The notes under the pieces: model-generated | The model's input: the letters and a program-made list of their open reading frames with translations, nothing else | Database searches by the model: none | What the model was told of the DNA's origin: nothing | Source of the DNA: Octopus vulgaris | Taxonomy: Eukaryota | Length of the DNA stretch: 64,000 bases | Assembly: GCA_951406725.2 (NCBI GenBank) | Contig: OX597824.1 | Coordinates: 27,466,001-27,530,000 of the forward strand | Direction: 5' to 3' | Translations under genes and position numbers: made by a program | Part shown: one piece after another, positions 41,873 to 56,379 of the stretch | Layout: every line of letters starts with the position of its first letter | Position numbering within the stretch: the first letter of the stretch is position 1

Positions 41873-42207
41873 TTTATATATATATATATCAAATATTCAC
41901 GAAGAAACAGAAAAGCACAAACACTTTCACATAGCCATGCATCGTCACACAGCCACTCACATTGTACACATACATTCAAACAACAGACACAGATACACAC
42001 AGACACACACCATTCAGATAGACTGTAAAACGGTGATGTCATTCATCTGAAGATACTAACAACCAAATACGTTGCTACATATGCACAGATCCACATGTAT
42101 TTTAGAGATGAACACACAGAAATATATTATGCATGCTTCTCTCTTTACACATATACACAGGCGCATAAACACACAGATAAACATATATATATACATGCAT
42201 ATGTATG

Positions 42208-42238
<31 letters not shown>

Positions 42239-42247
42239 ATAAATATC

Positions 42248-42325
<78 letters not shown>

Positions 42326-42334
<9 letters not shown>

Positions 42335-42612
42335 ATATGTTACAATTACTCAATAGTCAAGATAAAACTCTGAGTTTCAGATGCCGAAGTGGAAATCCAT
42401 AACACCATCTCTTCGGTTATCTGGCCATCTGAAAAAAAACCTCTTTTATTCAGATGGCCAGATAACCGAAAAGATGGTGTTTCGGCATCTGAAACTCAGA
42501 GTTTCATCTTGACTATTGAGTAATTGTAACATATTATTTTATAGATAAATTTCCTCTATTTACATAATATTGAGGTCTCTTTCTTTCTTTTGTTATCTTA
42601 CCGTTTTTACCA
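42326..42612. mobile_element. Fold-back mini-element with a hammerhead-like motif in each arm
   Basis: Arms 42326-42433 and 42449-42543, 3' tail to 42612, (TA)n on both sides; minus strand GAUAA-CCGAAGA-GAUG..CAUC-u-GAAAC-UCAGA-GUU-UUAUC (42361-42421). Confidence 0.7.
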
Positions 42613-42644
42613 ATATATATATATATATATATATATATAGATAT

Positions 42645-43121
42645 CAAAATGTGACCTCGTATGTATCGTTGGCGATTTTTTTTCCCTCCGTCTTCCCTTC
42701 TCTGGATCTTTCCTTTTCCTATGTTTCTGACGAAGAGCTCCGCTCGAAATGTTAAACCCTCCTCCTTCTCTTCCTTCATGAGCGTCCAATAATACTATAT
42801 TTGTTCCACGTCCTCGCGTTGTTGTGTTTTCAGGTTTGGATTAACTTTATATATATATATAAATATTATATTATATTATGTATATATATATACATATATA
42901 TATATATGAAATGTGACCGCGTATGTACCGTTAGCGATTTTTTCCCTCCGTCTTCCCTTCTCTGGATCTTTCCTTTTCCTATGTTTCAGACGAAGAGCTC
43001 CGCTCGAAACGTAAAACTCTCCTTCTTCCCATCCTTTCTGAGCGTTCAATAATACTATATTTGTTCCACGTCCTCGCGTTGTTGTGTTTTCTCTTGGTGT
43101 TTTCATGTTTGGATTAACTTT
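42645..43121 (+). mobile_element. Tandem dimer (260-bp period) of hammerhead-bearing retrozyme/pLTR-like units
   Basis: Hammerheads at 42723-42757 (CUGACGA..GAAAU-GUU) and 42983-43017 (CAGACGA..GAAAC-GUA); units separated by (TA)n. Confidence 0.8.
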
Positions 43122-43350
43122 ATATATATATATATATATGCATGTGTGCGTGTAGGTAGATAGATAAATAGAGAGTAGATTGATAGATATCTTCTCTCTG
43201 TGGATTCCAAGGCAACCAGTTGTTTTATATCACGCGGAGAACTTTTGTAGTACCAAGCAATGTCGATTTTTATAGGTATTCTCTCAAACTTTCTGAGCTA
43301 CAGTGTTCGTTGATTGCGATAATTTCAAGCGCGTCGATTTCTATTGATAA

Positions 43351-43648
43351 CTAGCAGTATCACCCGGCGTTGCTCGGCTTTGTAAGGGAAATAACTATAT
43401 AAGCATTTTTATAGAGTTACTTCCCTTATATAATAGCAAAAAATGCATTAAAAATGGGAAAAAATGATGGTAAATTTTTTTTTAAATCGTAGACTCATCG
43501 TAGACGCGCGCTAATACCCAGAAGGGCTCGATATGAATCACGACTATAAGATACCCGGTTTTGGTTAAACTGCACCGCAATATGTGGGAGTAGTTAGGAA
43601 TCTAAATCGTAGGAGACAGACACACAACTTCCCTTTTATATATAAAGA
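43351..43648 (-). mobile_element. Non-autonomous Helitron
   Basis: Minus strand A|TCtttatatataaaa...ccgagcaacgccggg hairpin..CTAG|T. Confidence 0.85.
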
Positions 43649-43682
43649 TATGTCCACTCTCTTTGTTGCCCACAACCTCATC

Positions 43683-43758
<76 letters not shown>

Positions 43759-45545
43759 GTTATTATTATTGTATGCCACTCCCTCAATGTCTTTCATGAA
43801 GCTATTATTGTTGATGCTGTTATTTATCTCCCGTTTGAATCCCCTCCGCAGGACTGTAAAAAATATCGTTTTATCGCTGATTTATTGTTTCATTAAAGAA
43901 TAAAACCTTTTAAAAATCCTTGTCGAATAATTTATTAGGATGAGCTTAGTTGCTCTTAATATCCTCTTAGGATGTGTCCTATCTGTTGTATGTTTACAAA
44001 CGCAATTGTTTTTCTCTCTAAAGTGCAGTGAAGTAAACTATACATTTAATATTATACAGACTTATACATATATGAATGCAATGTATACATACATACCCTA
44101 CATACATATATACCCCCTACACATATGTATGCATATATATATATACATAAATATAATCATGTATTTGGATTGCCGTTAATTTTAATGAGGAACACGCCAT
44201 TCAATGTGTCTTCTTTCCATCCCAGAATCTACGCTACTCCCAAAATAGGCTTGGTGGTAATGCGGGTTTCATTTGCCGATAAATCGACGATGGAAGGAGT
44301 AAGATTGTACTGGGGTTGCATGATACCTGTAATACTCACGATAAACCTCACATCCAAACACACACATACACACACGTATATATAAACGGAAATATCCAAT
44401 CGATCGTTTTTATTACAAAAGAAATTATTCAGATCTAACGCTATCTGATTGCAAGGGTGCACAAAGTTATTGTGCCACACAACTTTTGTGATATATATGT
44501 GTAGTATGGATTTTAAGAATTATAATTCAAAGCTTTAGAAAATTCCTGACAAAAGTTGAGCATCGTCGAAAACGTATTATTTATTAATTTTCTTATATAA
44601 AAGAATGATTGCATTACGAGATAAGGAAAATTACTCTTTACATTTCTCTTCTTGTCTTATTTTTATTTATTTAAATATTGTTTTCCATGCGCCAGTAATT
44701 TTTTCATATTTAGTTTCCAGTATCTGAGGAATACACAATAATTAAGAATTTCGATATTGCCATTGTTAGAAAGAAAAATATACATTGTATGTTGTAATTC
44801 TTGAATGTACTATATGAGAAAAATATCAGAAAATGTCGGATGATTACGGTTTTACAAACTTACAATATAGACACTCTCGGATGGGAAACTTTTAAAAAAC
44901 AATAGCAACATAACATGTGCATTTTATTTTGTTTTAATTCTCTGAAAATAGCTATGAAAAATTCGGGAAATTCATTCTTTTGCTGACTGCTGTTTTGAGA
45001 AAAAATTTATATTTATATGAATAAGAAAACTTATAGGGAGAATTTAGTCTTATTTATTGGTGGTCATTTGAAGACAACTGCAATCTATTGCCAACGGTCG
45101 AAACAGCTGGAGATCTCTTTTGGCTCCACGTGAAAGTTAAGAATTAAGAAGAATGTAAAACAGATAGTGATAGTGCGTAGCCTAGTGGTTAGGCGTGCTA
45201 CCTACACAACAGTCATATCGTGGTTTCGATTCCCATACCGTCTGCCAGTTACGTTTTTTAGCAAAACATCATTTTACATCCTATTTCGTAATAATCTTTC
45301 ATAAATTCCACCATAGCATCCTGACAAGTTGCAAAATGGCGAAATGAAGTTTGCGTGTGAAAGCTGCGTAATGAATAAAATCCACTAAATAAATCCAGCA
45401 GACCCTAATTATTTGCGAATTACAAAGCACCCTTCGTGGGTGGTAGTACACAAAACTGAAGTTATCTCTCTCTCTCTGTGTCTTTCACTCTATTTATATA
45501 TGTATGTATATATGCATGCATGTCTCTTCTATTTTCTTTTAATTA

Positions 45546-46480
45546 TAATAAATCTTCCACTCAGGTGGGAGCCGGTTTCCAACAGAGATACAAGGTTCCA
45601 TCTTTGGGATGTTGTTAACACGGGCAAATTCACATTTAGAACTTGAGAAAAGTCTTGCATATTTCTATTGTTCCACTCACAGATTGCACTTGCAATGTAC
45701 GAATTAGCCGGTCGATTTCTCTTTCTGAAAATTCCAGTTTATCCAGTTTAGGCATTTAATAATAAAACCTTATGCTGCAATTCTTGTTGGTATACATATG
45801 AATTCATAGTCTGACTATAGGAGCTGGAGGTTTCGAAACAGTTGCCCATATATATTCTCTTTTTCTTTGATTTTCAAAAAGATATTTATATCTGCAGAGC
45901 AGCTGGCCTCTATGATGGTACATACCTTTGCCTCTTTGTTCCAAACAACAATATCCGGCATGTTATGTTTACATTTGACAGAATTTTTCATGAGAATATT
46001 CCATTAGCATTCCTTGATTTGTTGTTTATGGAAGTATTCTATAACAGAGGGATTTTCTAAGTTTATTTCAAGACAGTCGTCCTTGCGGATGGCATTATAA
46101 ATTGTTTTAACAACAACATCGTACCGCATTGGGAGGTAGTACCGTGACGACATTTTAGGATAGTCGCTAATCACATGCAGAAACATGACAGCCTAGAGAT
46201 GCGGTTGCAACTTGGGATTAGAAGAGCGTCAGTGTCTCTCTTGCTCACTAGGAACTTTGTGGCAATCACCTGTTCTGGACTGCAAAGGCATAGACTTCAA
46301 AGTGTGATGTGATATAGTGGTCTTGTGTCCAAGGGAGGCTGCGCTTTGTGTTAATTCTACTGTCCTCTTCAAGCTTCTGGGCAACATACCCATGCAGTCT
46401 TTCCATCCAGGTCTTATCTGAGGCAAGAGGGCTAAGCTCTTTTGGGGCTGTATTCGAGGTCATCAGAAAGGGAGTGTTTC
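45546..46480 (-). mobile_element. 3' fragment of an R4/Dong-like (restriction-like endonuclease) non-LTR retrotransposon
   Basis: LHGY..W..ITSHFEVYAFAVQ (EGF..AIQ motif) followed by the CCHC-knuckle region HVISDYPKMSSRYYLPMRYDVVVK; disrupted frames. Confidence 0.7.
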
Positions 46481-46511
46481 TTGAGGAGCACAGTGCATGG
46501 CAAGTAAATGG

Positions 46512-46647
46512 GCCCAAGTACTTATCTTATTAAGCTCAGTATTTATTGTATCGTTCTCTTTTGCCAAACTGCTTAGTTACGAAGACTTCAACACAACACT
46601 ACTGGCCGTTTAGAGGAACAAACACACACACATATACATACATATAT

Positions 46648-46696
<49 letters not shown>

Positions 46697-46869
46697 GAGT
46701 GAGAGAGGGAAGACAAACTTCTTTCACTTTCTAACAAACTTTCTCACACTGCATTGGTCAGCCCAAAGCTATAGTAGAAGACACTTGCTTAAGGTTCTAC
46801 TCAGTGAGATTTATCCCGAAACCATCTGGTTGGGAAGCATACTTCTTACCACACAGCTACGCCTGTGCC
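46512..46869 (-). mobile_element. Degenerate family-A SINE
   Basis: ctatagtagaagacacttgc..ttaccacacagctacgcctgtgcc. Confidence 0.8.
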
Positions 46870-47358
46870 TATTGTTGAAAAGTTTTTACATGTAGAATAC
46901 TATTCGGGAAAATAAAAGGAAAAAAAGAGATTATTTAGAAGTAAAATAATATTTATCTTTTTTCACAGCGAAATCAATAGCTGTATCAGAATAGGGGTTG
47001 TTTGAGTAAAAGGTGGAAAAAAAAAAAGAAGAATGAAGAATTTACAGACGGTGAAATCGATCGAAGCGAAAATTTTGTTTATCAAATAAAAATTGTATTT
47101 ATTCAGAGAATTTAACAGCAATAATTAAAAAAATTGAGGATAAATGGTGGTTGCGGTGGTGTTGAGGATAATAATGATGGTTCTGATAATGATCCCGGGG
47201 ATTGTACATCGATATATAATTCAAGAAAAAAATGTTGACGTTTATATGGATACATGTATCTATATGTATACGTGCTTGTATTTGTATGTATGTATGTATG
47301 TATGTATGTATGTATGTATGTATGTATGTATGTATGTATGTATGTATGTATGTATGTA

Positions 47359-47441
<83 letters not shown>

Positions 47442-47496
47442 CATGCATGAATCCATCGGTCCAAATAATCATCCATTTATCCGTACATCTATCCAT

Positions 47497-47740
47497 ACAT
47501 GGTCGCAAACTCTATCCCCGACACTTTCGACTCAACGGGCGTAAGGCCACATTCTCCGTCCGTATCGCAGCCCCGTGGAACAAGCTATCACAAGATGTCA
47601 TTCAACTGCCAACCATGTTCCTGTTCAAAGAGGCTCTGAAAAACTGTATAAAACTGTATATAACAATAACTGATTTTTTTTTTTTTTACATGGCTTCAGC
47701 ACATTGAGCTCCTCTGCTAATAAATTTGATGTGATTTGAC
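47497..47740 (+). mobile_element. CR1/L2-type LINE extreme 3' fragment
   Basis: HGRKL..RKATFSVRIAAPWNKLSQDVI..FKEAL matches the post-RT GH..KL..FFS.R...WN.LP..V..FK motif; aataaa and a short repeat tail. Confidence 0.7.
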
Positions 47741-48040
47741 ATACACACATACATATCTGTACATCTAGATTTCAGTGTTGTTTATTAAATTGTAGATGGT
47801 TAAAGACTTACGTTCAGGAAGTTAAGTTTCCTCTCAAAAATTTGATGTTAGTTGCACGTCTTCGGCAGATGACTCCATCGATTTCAAAGACACAGAACAT
47901 AGAAACACAGACAGTGCAACGATAATCGTGCAGCGATCAGCGACTAATTGGCACACAAATTAATGTGCTGAACGAAATTCTCCACCCTTATGTGATTTAT
48001 GATATATATATATAATATAATATATATATAATAAAACAAG

Positions 48041-48078
48041 TCTTTTACGTTTCGAGCCTATGCTCTTCAACAGAAAGA
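48041..48078 (-). ncRNA. Hammerhead-like motif (A6U variant) in a short repeat 48030-48220
   Basis: UCUUU-CUGUUGA-A-GAGC-auag-GCUC-GAAAC-GUA-AAAGA. Confidence 0.6.
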
Positions 48079-48407
48079 TACACAGAAAAGAAACACAGAA
48101 AGAAACAAGGAGAGAAAAAAAAATGCGTGCAGAGGCTAGCGAATCAACATGGCGATCTGATTTCGGCCAGAAGTCAAAGATCAAACGTGAGACGCAAGAG
48201 CGAAATTAGGGGAAATAACAGATATATGTGTGTGTATGTCTTCGTGTCTGTATATGTATATGTGTGTATGTGTGTGTGTCTGTGTGTACGTGTGTATGTG
48301 CGTATATGTGTGTGCATGTTTGCGTGTGTCAGCCTTTGTGTGTTTGTCTGTGTCGCGAACGTATGCATATTTGCTTGAGTTTAAATTATATGCGTATCTA
48401 CGTATAC

Positions 48408-48495
<88 letters not shown>

Positions 48496-48556
48496 ACAGA
48501 CATGTTTTTGTGTATGTGCATATATATATTTGCGGTTATATACATGAGTTTATATA

Positions 48557-49836
48557 CAAGGTGCGGTGAATAAACTGTCGTCTAAATTAGTTAAAAAGGA
48601 AAATAATATTGACATCTCATCTTAACAGATATATTTACTAAAATTAATTAAAAATATCTTGAAATACAAAAGAGTAACTGTATTCAATAAAATCGCCATT
48701 GGCTTCAACCATGAGGTCGGGACGACTTCAGAATCGAATCGGCTACAACTCTTCTGGGCGGTTTCCTTGTTTAAGGTAGTGAATGCTGCCATAATCCTTG
48801 CTCTCAGTTCATCTTTGGTGGTGTTACAAGCAGTTTTGCTGGTTTCTCGCTCAACTGTGACACATACATAACAGTCAAGGAGGTTGCAGTGTGGGGAGTT
48901 AGATGGCCAGATGTTAGGGGCGATGTGGTCAGAGAAATTGCCTGACAGCCATGACAGAGTTCTTTTGCCTGTGTAGCATGGTGCACAGCCCTGCTGCCGG
49001 GCATAGGGTCTTCCAGTAGCCACTCTCTTGACCCATGGCAGCACTACCTACTTTAGGCACTTGATGTAGGCGTCTGTGTTGAGTCTGAGGCTGTGTGGGA
49101 AGATGAATAGATACAGAACGTCGCCATCACCAGTGATCACTCCAAACAACCTGATGTTGCCTGTATGTTGGATTTTTATCACTCTCAATACATATTTGGG
49201 GGACACTGGAAGCCACAAGTTGTTTTGTGTGTTCACCAATCTGATCCTGACCGAAATTTCTCTCGTCTAAGAAAAACCAAAGCATATTCGGTTGGAGGAG
49301 ATGCTTCAGTTTTTTTAAAAGCTTCGTAGCGAGGTGATTGCTCTTGTTCTTAATGGCTTGGGATAAAAATTGGCCCTTTCTCATCTTGTATGAGAAATGT
49401 CGAATGTCTTCATGCACTACCTGTCTGATAAGAAACTCAGAAACTCTGACTGAATTGGAGGGATCGTTGTCAATCATAGCCTGGACCTCACCAACAAATT
49501 CAGGCGTTCTTTTCTTATCAGAACAATCAGAGTGTGTTTTCCAAGCTACCGTACCTTCGTTATCACCATTTGATCGATTCAACTCTTTGCGAATCCTCTG
49601 CACTGACCTCACATTAACACCAAACCCTCTGAACTGCTCGTACTGGATCTTCTGGCGCGAATGTCAAGCGGTACAACATGTCGTTTCCATATTTCTGGCA
49701 AATGGAATTGCGTCATGGTGCTATTATTCTCACAAACGGTACCCAACTGACCCTACTATACTGTAGTCGACGACAAAGCCGAAAAGACAATACGTATGCA
49801 GGAAATTAAGATTATAAAATTTACCCATCGCACCCT
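48557..49836 (-). mobile_element. Degenerate maT (DD37D) Tc1/mariner-superfamily DNA transposon
   Basis: WFFLDERNF; QQ(D>G)CAPCY-37 aa-D within WPSNSPHCNLLD; imperfect TIRs caaggtgcggtgaataaa and tttacccatcgcaccct; TA flanks. Confidence 0.85.
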
Positions 49837-50238
49837 TACAAACTTACATACACACATATATGCATACACACACATATATACACAAACACACACACATACA
49901 CACACACACATATTTTCAGATATAGATACATACAAAGCTATATATTGCTCGAAGCAGATCAGCGTAACGGTCACTGCTTAGTGTCTCACTACGTGAATGT
50001 TATTAGGTAAAAAAGAAAAAAAGCAAAGCAAATGATGATGATCATGATGGTAATAATAATAATAATGATAATAATAAAGGGAAGAAGAAGGAGAAGAAAA
50101 AGACGAATAAGAAGACGAAGAATAAAAAGAAGGTGAAGAAGAAGAGAAAAATGGTTCACTTAACGCTACTATATATATGTATGTATATGCATATGAATAT
50201 ATTATATTTATATATATATTTACAAACATACATACATA

Positions 50239-50330
<92 letters not shown>

Positions 50331-50993
50331 GGTCGTCTATATAGTGAATCATCAGCTTCGTACGTATAAATACAACACAACATATATTGAATGATTTTTT
50401 TTCGTAATTTTACATCTTAACATTCATACTTACATATCCATACACACAAACACGTACACACATGTGTATATATGTATATGTGTTCGTGTGAGTGTGTGTG
50501 TGTATGTATATTTGTGTGTGTTTCTGTATGCATGTGTGTGTCTATAAATGTAAGATGTAAGTGTTTTAGTAGATTGCGGTTAATATCCATATTACTCTGC
50601 TAAAATATTCCAACTGTCAGAATAGACATATAAATGTCCGCAGTAAATTAGATTAGGAGAAAGAGGTGACAAAAAAATAGAGCAGAACAACAATGTACAG
50701 AGAATATCGATGTGGCATAAATCTCGTCTCGTATAAAGAAACAATGGCTGATACAATGACTGAATATATTAATAATGGCGACGTTGCAAACGCAGGCACA
50801 CTCACACACACGCACATCCACACGCACAGACACACGCACAAACACACGCACACACTCACTGCTTTATATAAATATATACCTTCTTATATACAAATGTATA
50901 TTCCTATATATATGTACATATATAGGCATGTATATATGTATGTACGTAAGAATATGAATCTATATATGAATATATATACATACATATATGTAT

Positions 50994-51053
<60 letters not shown>

Positions 51054-51104
51054 GTATATATACATACATATACATATATATATACAGATATATATACATA
51101 TATG

Positions 51105-51135
<31 letters not shown>

Positions 51136-51156
51136 ATATATATGTATATGCATGTA

Positions 51157-51212
<56 letters not shown>

Positions 51213-51281
51213 AATATGCATATATATATATTTGAATATATAAATATTTCCTCTGTGAACTTGTATTTAGCTAGGATTGCT

Positions 51282-51325
<44 letters not shown>

Positions 51326-51370
51326 TCACACCTACATACATACACCCATATGCATACATACATACATATA

Positions 51371-51418
<48 letters not shown>

Positions 51419-51924
51419 TATACATATACATATACATACATATACGCACATACATGATATATATACAACTACATATCTATGCATATGCATTATATACTTA
51501 TATGCGCGTGTGTATATGTATGCCTCTAACCATGCGCCTTGTGTCTGTTTCATGAATATCTTCTATACACATATACACACGCGCACACGCACGCACCCAC
51601 TGGTGCTCGCGCATGCATATATAAGAACATGAATGCATGTATGAGTGTGTGTGTGTGTGCGTGTCGAAATCCTCGCACCAAAGCACTTTTAGATATAATA
51701 AGAAAACAGTAATAAAAGAATTGTGAAATTGAATACAATTGAAGAAATGATATACAATCGGTTGCCATAGTTGAGCAGTAGGTGTAATGATGATTAGATT
51801 TGATAAAGAGAAAATATGTGGGGATACAACTGTACTTTATACGTTGCTTGTTATACACAGCTGATCTCCCATCCATATCACTTGGTTTGTATAAACAGAA
51901 ACTATATATGTATGGATGAAATAT

Positions 51925-52320
51925 GGCAGAATCGTTAGGAGGCCGGACGAAATGCTTAGCGGTATTTCGTCTGTCTTTACGTTCTGAGTTCACATTCCGC
52001 CCAGGTCGACTTTGCCTTTCATCCTTTCGGAGTCGATTAAATAAGTACCAGTTACGTACTGGGGGCCAATATAATCGACTTATTCCGTTTATCTGTCCTT
52101 GTTTGTCCTCTCTGTGTTTAGCCCCTTGTAGGTAGTAAAGAAATAGGTATCTCGTCTGCTGTTACGTTCTGAGTTCAAGTTCCGCCGAGGTCGACTTTGC
52201 CTTTCATCCTTTCGGGGTCGATAAATAAAGTACCAGTTACGCACTAGGGACGATGTAATCGACTTAATCCCTTTGTCCTTGTTTGTTCCCTCTATGTTTA
52301 TCCCCTTGTGAGCAATAAAA
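51925..52320 (+). mobile_element. Family-B SINE with tandemly repeated 185-bp body
   Basis: The body restarts at 52147 right after aaagaaatag. Confidence 0.85.
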
Positions 52321-54874
52321 AAGTATGTATGTATGTATGTATTTGTATGTATGTATTTTTATCAATATATATGTATGCAGTTATGTATGTATGTATGTGT
52401 TCATTTCAAAACTAAAAACCGGAAAAACTTTGTGTATTTTTATCCAATGATACATGTGTTTCATTACAATGTAGGAGTCACAAGGTTATTCATGTAGAAA
52501 CAAACATGTATAGAATCTCCTATCTCTAACTCGTCAGACAGAGATGAAAATTTAATCCAAATTTAGAAATGAATGACTTATTGTATGACACACAAACTAG
52601 GAACATATTCATATGTGTGCATGTATGTATGTGTGTATGTCTATATGTCACATGGCCAGGCGTCACCTACTAAGCCGGCAAGCGTACCAAACGTGTACTT
52701 GTTAAGGTGAGCGGTTTCTTTTCTCGTTGGGTACACTATGAAAGGGCCAATGAACTCTGTGGAGTGAACCGTTATCGAAATGTAAATGTTTATGATGTTT
52801 GCACATCATCGAGGAATACATCTTTGTGATAACATCCCGAGGAATAAGAAGCCCCTAATCGTAGTGTAGTCGTCTGTGTAGGAAACTCAGAGTGACGCCT
52901 GCCTCTTCATTAGAAGCAATGATGTGAACTACAGCATATGAAGTTACTCTCAGATTCTGATTGTCCACGTGCAAGGCTTTTCCTCACTTTAAAATGCTTT
53001 ACATACAGACACGGCTCGAGTTATAACATTTCTCCTAACATGTCTATTATTCTTGCACAGTGCGGCCGGCTGTAACCAAAGTAGGCAAAGCAATCAAGGA
53101 AAAATTATACGTTTTGATCTAATGCAATTAAAGACACTGGAACGGATAGGAAAAGCGTTTGTGCCATCAGGTCTTGCAGGGTCACGGAACCTGTACCCAT
53201 TCGTCATGATGAAATTGTAAGAAATTTCGGATCTTTGTATATTGTTGCTTGAATATTCGCAATTTATTAAATTATGAACATGTACAGTATAATAGGAATT
53301 CACTAATTGCCTAACGTAAATGAATATGCCATTGCCAAGCGACAGGTTTGATATCCTAGTGTGTGTCTACTCCCCGGCCATCTGTACCTCTGAAGATGAA
53401 AAAATTAGCATTTTATTTTTCGCAGAAGTAGCATGTCGACATGATTTCTTATGCTGCTAGAATTGTCATAATTGGCTAGTTCATTGCACAGATTACCAGT
53501 CTTGGTAAGAACAGATCGAAAAGAGCAATAAAAATAATGGCTTGTTGTAGCTACAAATATATATCAAGAGAGATGTTTTATTTAGCAGACACCTTATTTC
53601 AGCAGAAATATGAATATAAAATAATCTTAGATAAATTCAAGTTGTAAAAAGTGGTGTACGATCCATTTGGTTCTTGTTCGTAGATGTGATGGTCATGATG
53701 TGCGTTGTCCATATTATGCAGGAAGCTGAATGCTGAACTGACCATTGTTCTGTTCGTATAAATGTATATTCTGTTATAAAACCGAAATTTAGTGTCAGTG
53801 ATGTGACCATACCAAAGAAATTAAATGTGATGCGTGTGAAAGTCGATGCTTTTACGGAAGAATCGGTGTGAGAATGGACGACGTTCGACACAATGACTCG
53901 TAGGGTGAGTTGCAATTATTCGCGCACGGTATTTGTAAATATGGTCTGGGTTTCGTAGATAGAAAGCAACAAGGTTGGTTTGATAAAAATAATGCTGTTC
54001 ATCGCTACTTTAATAATAGTAATACCTGTGTAGGTTTATGGCTTCACACTTCAGAAACTCACTTGTCTGTGTTATTTTAGGCATGTCATCCATACTTTAC
54101 CGGCTTGCCCGTCCTGTGACAACTCTACCATATCACTTAATTCTGATACTTGAGTAGACACAACAAAAGGAATTGATGGAATTCGTTCAAGAGAAGAACG
54201 CATCGCTCGGTAATGGACTCAGAATCACCATCTTACGATCATGCGTTCAGCGCCCAAAGTACTAATCTACGAATCTTCACAGCTCAGACACTTATAAATG
54301 AAAAGCATATATTGCTCACAAGAATCCTCGGCGGGTAACCAAAAATACATAAGATTGAAATAAAGGGAGGTGAAGTGTCAAGTACAACACAGGCATCATG
54401 GCATACAGTATATATTTAGTTGAGGAATACTGGAAAACGGCAACCAATTTGTGTTTAAGTCTTACAGTTTAAAGCTTCTGTATGACTTAGGGATTTTTTA
54501 TGGGACATATTTATCTATTGTTATTCTTCTCGTATTCCGTGTGACAAAGAATTGCCGAGAGAGCCCTAAATATATTAAATAGACTTTCTTAGTGTGATAA
54601 TGAATTTGTTGACGTCATTCCCTGTATGCCCAGAAACTTTTGAGAATCTTGTTAAGCCGACGAATAGGACTGGCAGGAATGGTTCCCGTAATATATTTGT
54701 TTGTATGTATATATATATATATATACACATACATACATATACATACATACATATACATACATACGTACATACTTAGATGCCTACATACATACATAATTAC
54801 ATACATTTATATATTTATGTAAGTATGTATGTATGTTTGTAATTATGTATGTATGTATGTATGTATATATATAT

Positions 54875-54924
<50 letters not shown>

Positions 54925-55049
54925 ATATATACATACATGTGTATATATGTACACACACACACACATATATAGATACTGTGCATACATATACATATATATG
55001 TAAATATATATGGTATCCGTACATGAGTATATATATATAAGTATACATC

Positions 55050-55265
55050 TACACGAAGGTGCTAGAAAGTTCCTGGCTTTGGGTAAAAGAAAACACTAGA
55101 GGATCAGTTAATTGTGACTTTATATTACGCTGAGATGCACACACTATTTGCAGCGATCCTTCTCTTTATCTACGCCCTATATAAAAAAAAAACGCAGAAG
55201 GGTGGGTCTCCAATTAAGCCTTTAGCGACACCTTTAACGCCAGACACATTTCAGCATTCCACCTA
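55050..55265. mobile_element. Mariner-derived MITE
   Basis: Degenerate TIRs gaaggtgctagaaagttcctggcttt and aacgccagacacatttcagcattcc. Confidence 0.55.
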
Positions 55266-55283
55266 CATGTATATAATTGTGTG

Positions 55284-55350
<67 letters not shown>

Positions 55351-55363
55351 CATATATACATAC

Positions 55364-55412
<49 letters not shown>

Positions 55413-56124
55413 AACACACAACTCATACATACATGAATACACGGGTCATTTGAAGCTGCTTCATTTGGTTTGCATACTAATACACACACATGCAGGCACA
55501 CAGGCACACACATACATATATTTAAGTATATAACTATGTTTGCAGGCGCATGCGTCAGCCTATCCGCCTTTGTCTAGCATATATGAAGTGTGTGAATATA
55601 GCGCTGATTATTATTATTTTTTTTTCAATACAACGACGTGAACAATATATATATAGACAATAAATAAGTCTAGAGAAATCTATAATAACTCCAAATATTT
55701 CAAAATACCAATACCTGTTCCACTAAATCATTTAAGTTGGCATGAAATGTTGATGGATGATATTTTATCATATTTATTTATGTTCCTCTTAGCTTTTTTC
55801 TTTTGTCGTCTTTAATAACTGAAACATCTTTCTGAGTATTGTTACACGTCATCTTCTCTATTCTTCCCTATATTCTCGTAATTTTTGTATCTGATGATTT
55901 TTCGGTGTAGAAACCCATATATCCAACGATTCTTATTAGTATGTTGTGTATCTATGTGTGCGTATCCAGATGTAAGTTTGTTTATGTATGTATGTATGTA
56001 TGTATGTATGTATGTATGTATGTATGTATGTATGTATGTATGTATGTATGTATGTATGTATGTATGCAAGCATGTATGTATGTATGTATGTTTGTATTTA
56101 TGTATTTATCTATGTATGTTTGCA

Positions 56125-56346
56125 TACTCTTTTACTCTTTTACTTGTTTCAGTCATTTGACTGCGGCCATGCTGGAGCACCGCCTTTAGTCGAGCAACTC
56201 GACCCCAGGACTTATTCTTTTGTAAGCCCAGTACTTATTCTATCGGTCTCTTTTGCCGAACCACTAAGTAACGGGGACAAACACACCAGCATCGGTTGTC
56301 AAGCAATGCTAGGGGGACAAACACAGACACACAAACACACACACGC

Positions 56347-56379
<33 letters not shown>

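Noticed and set aside
44125-44480. 'LYWGCM' resembling the Tc1 VWGC motif
   Set aside because: No other transposase motif or TIR pair was found.
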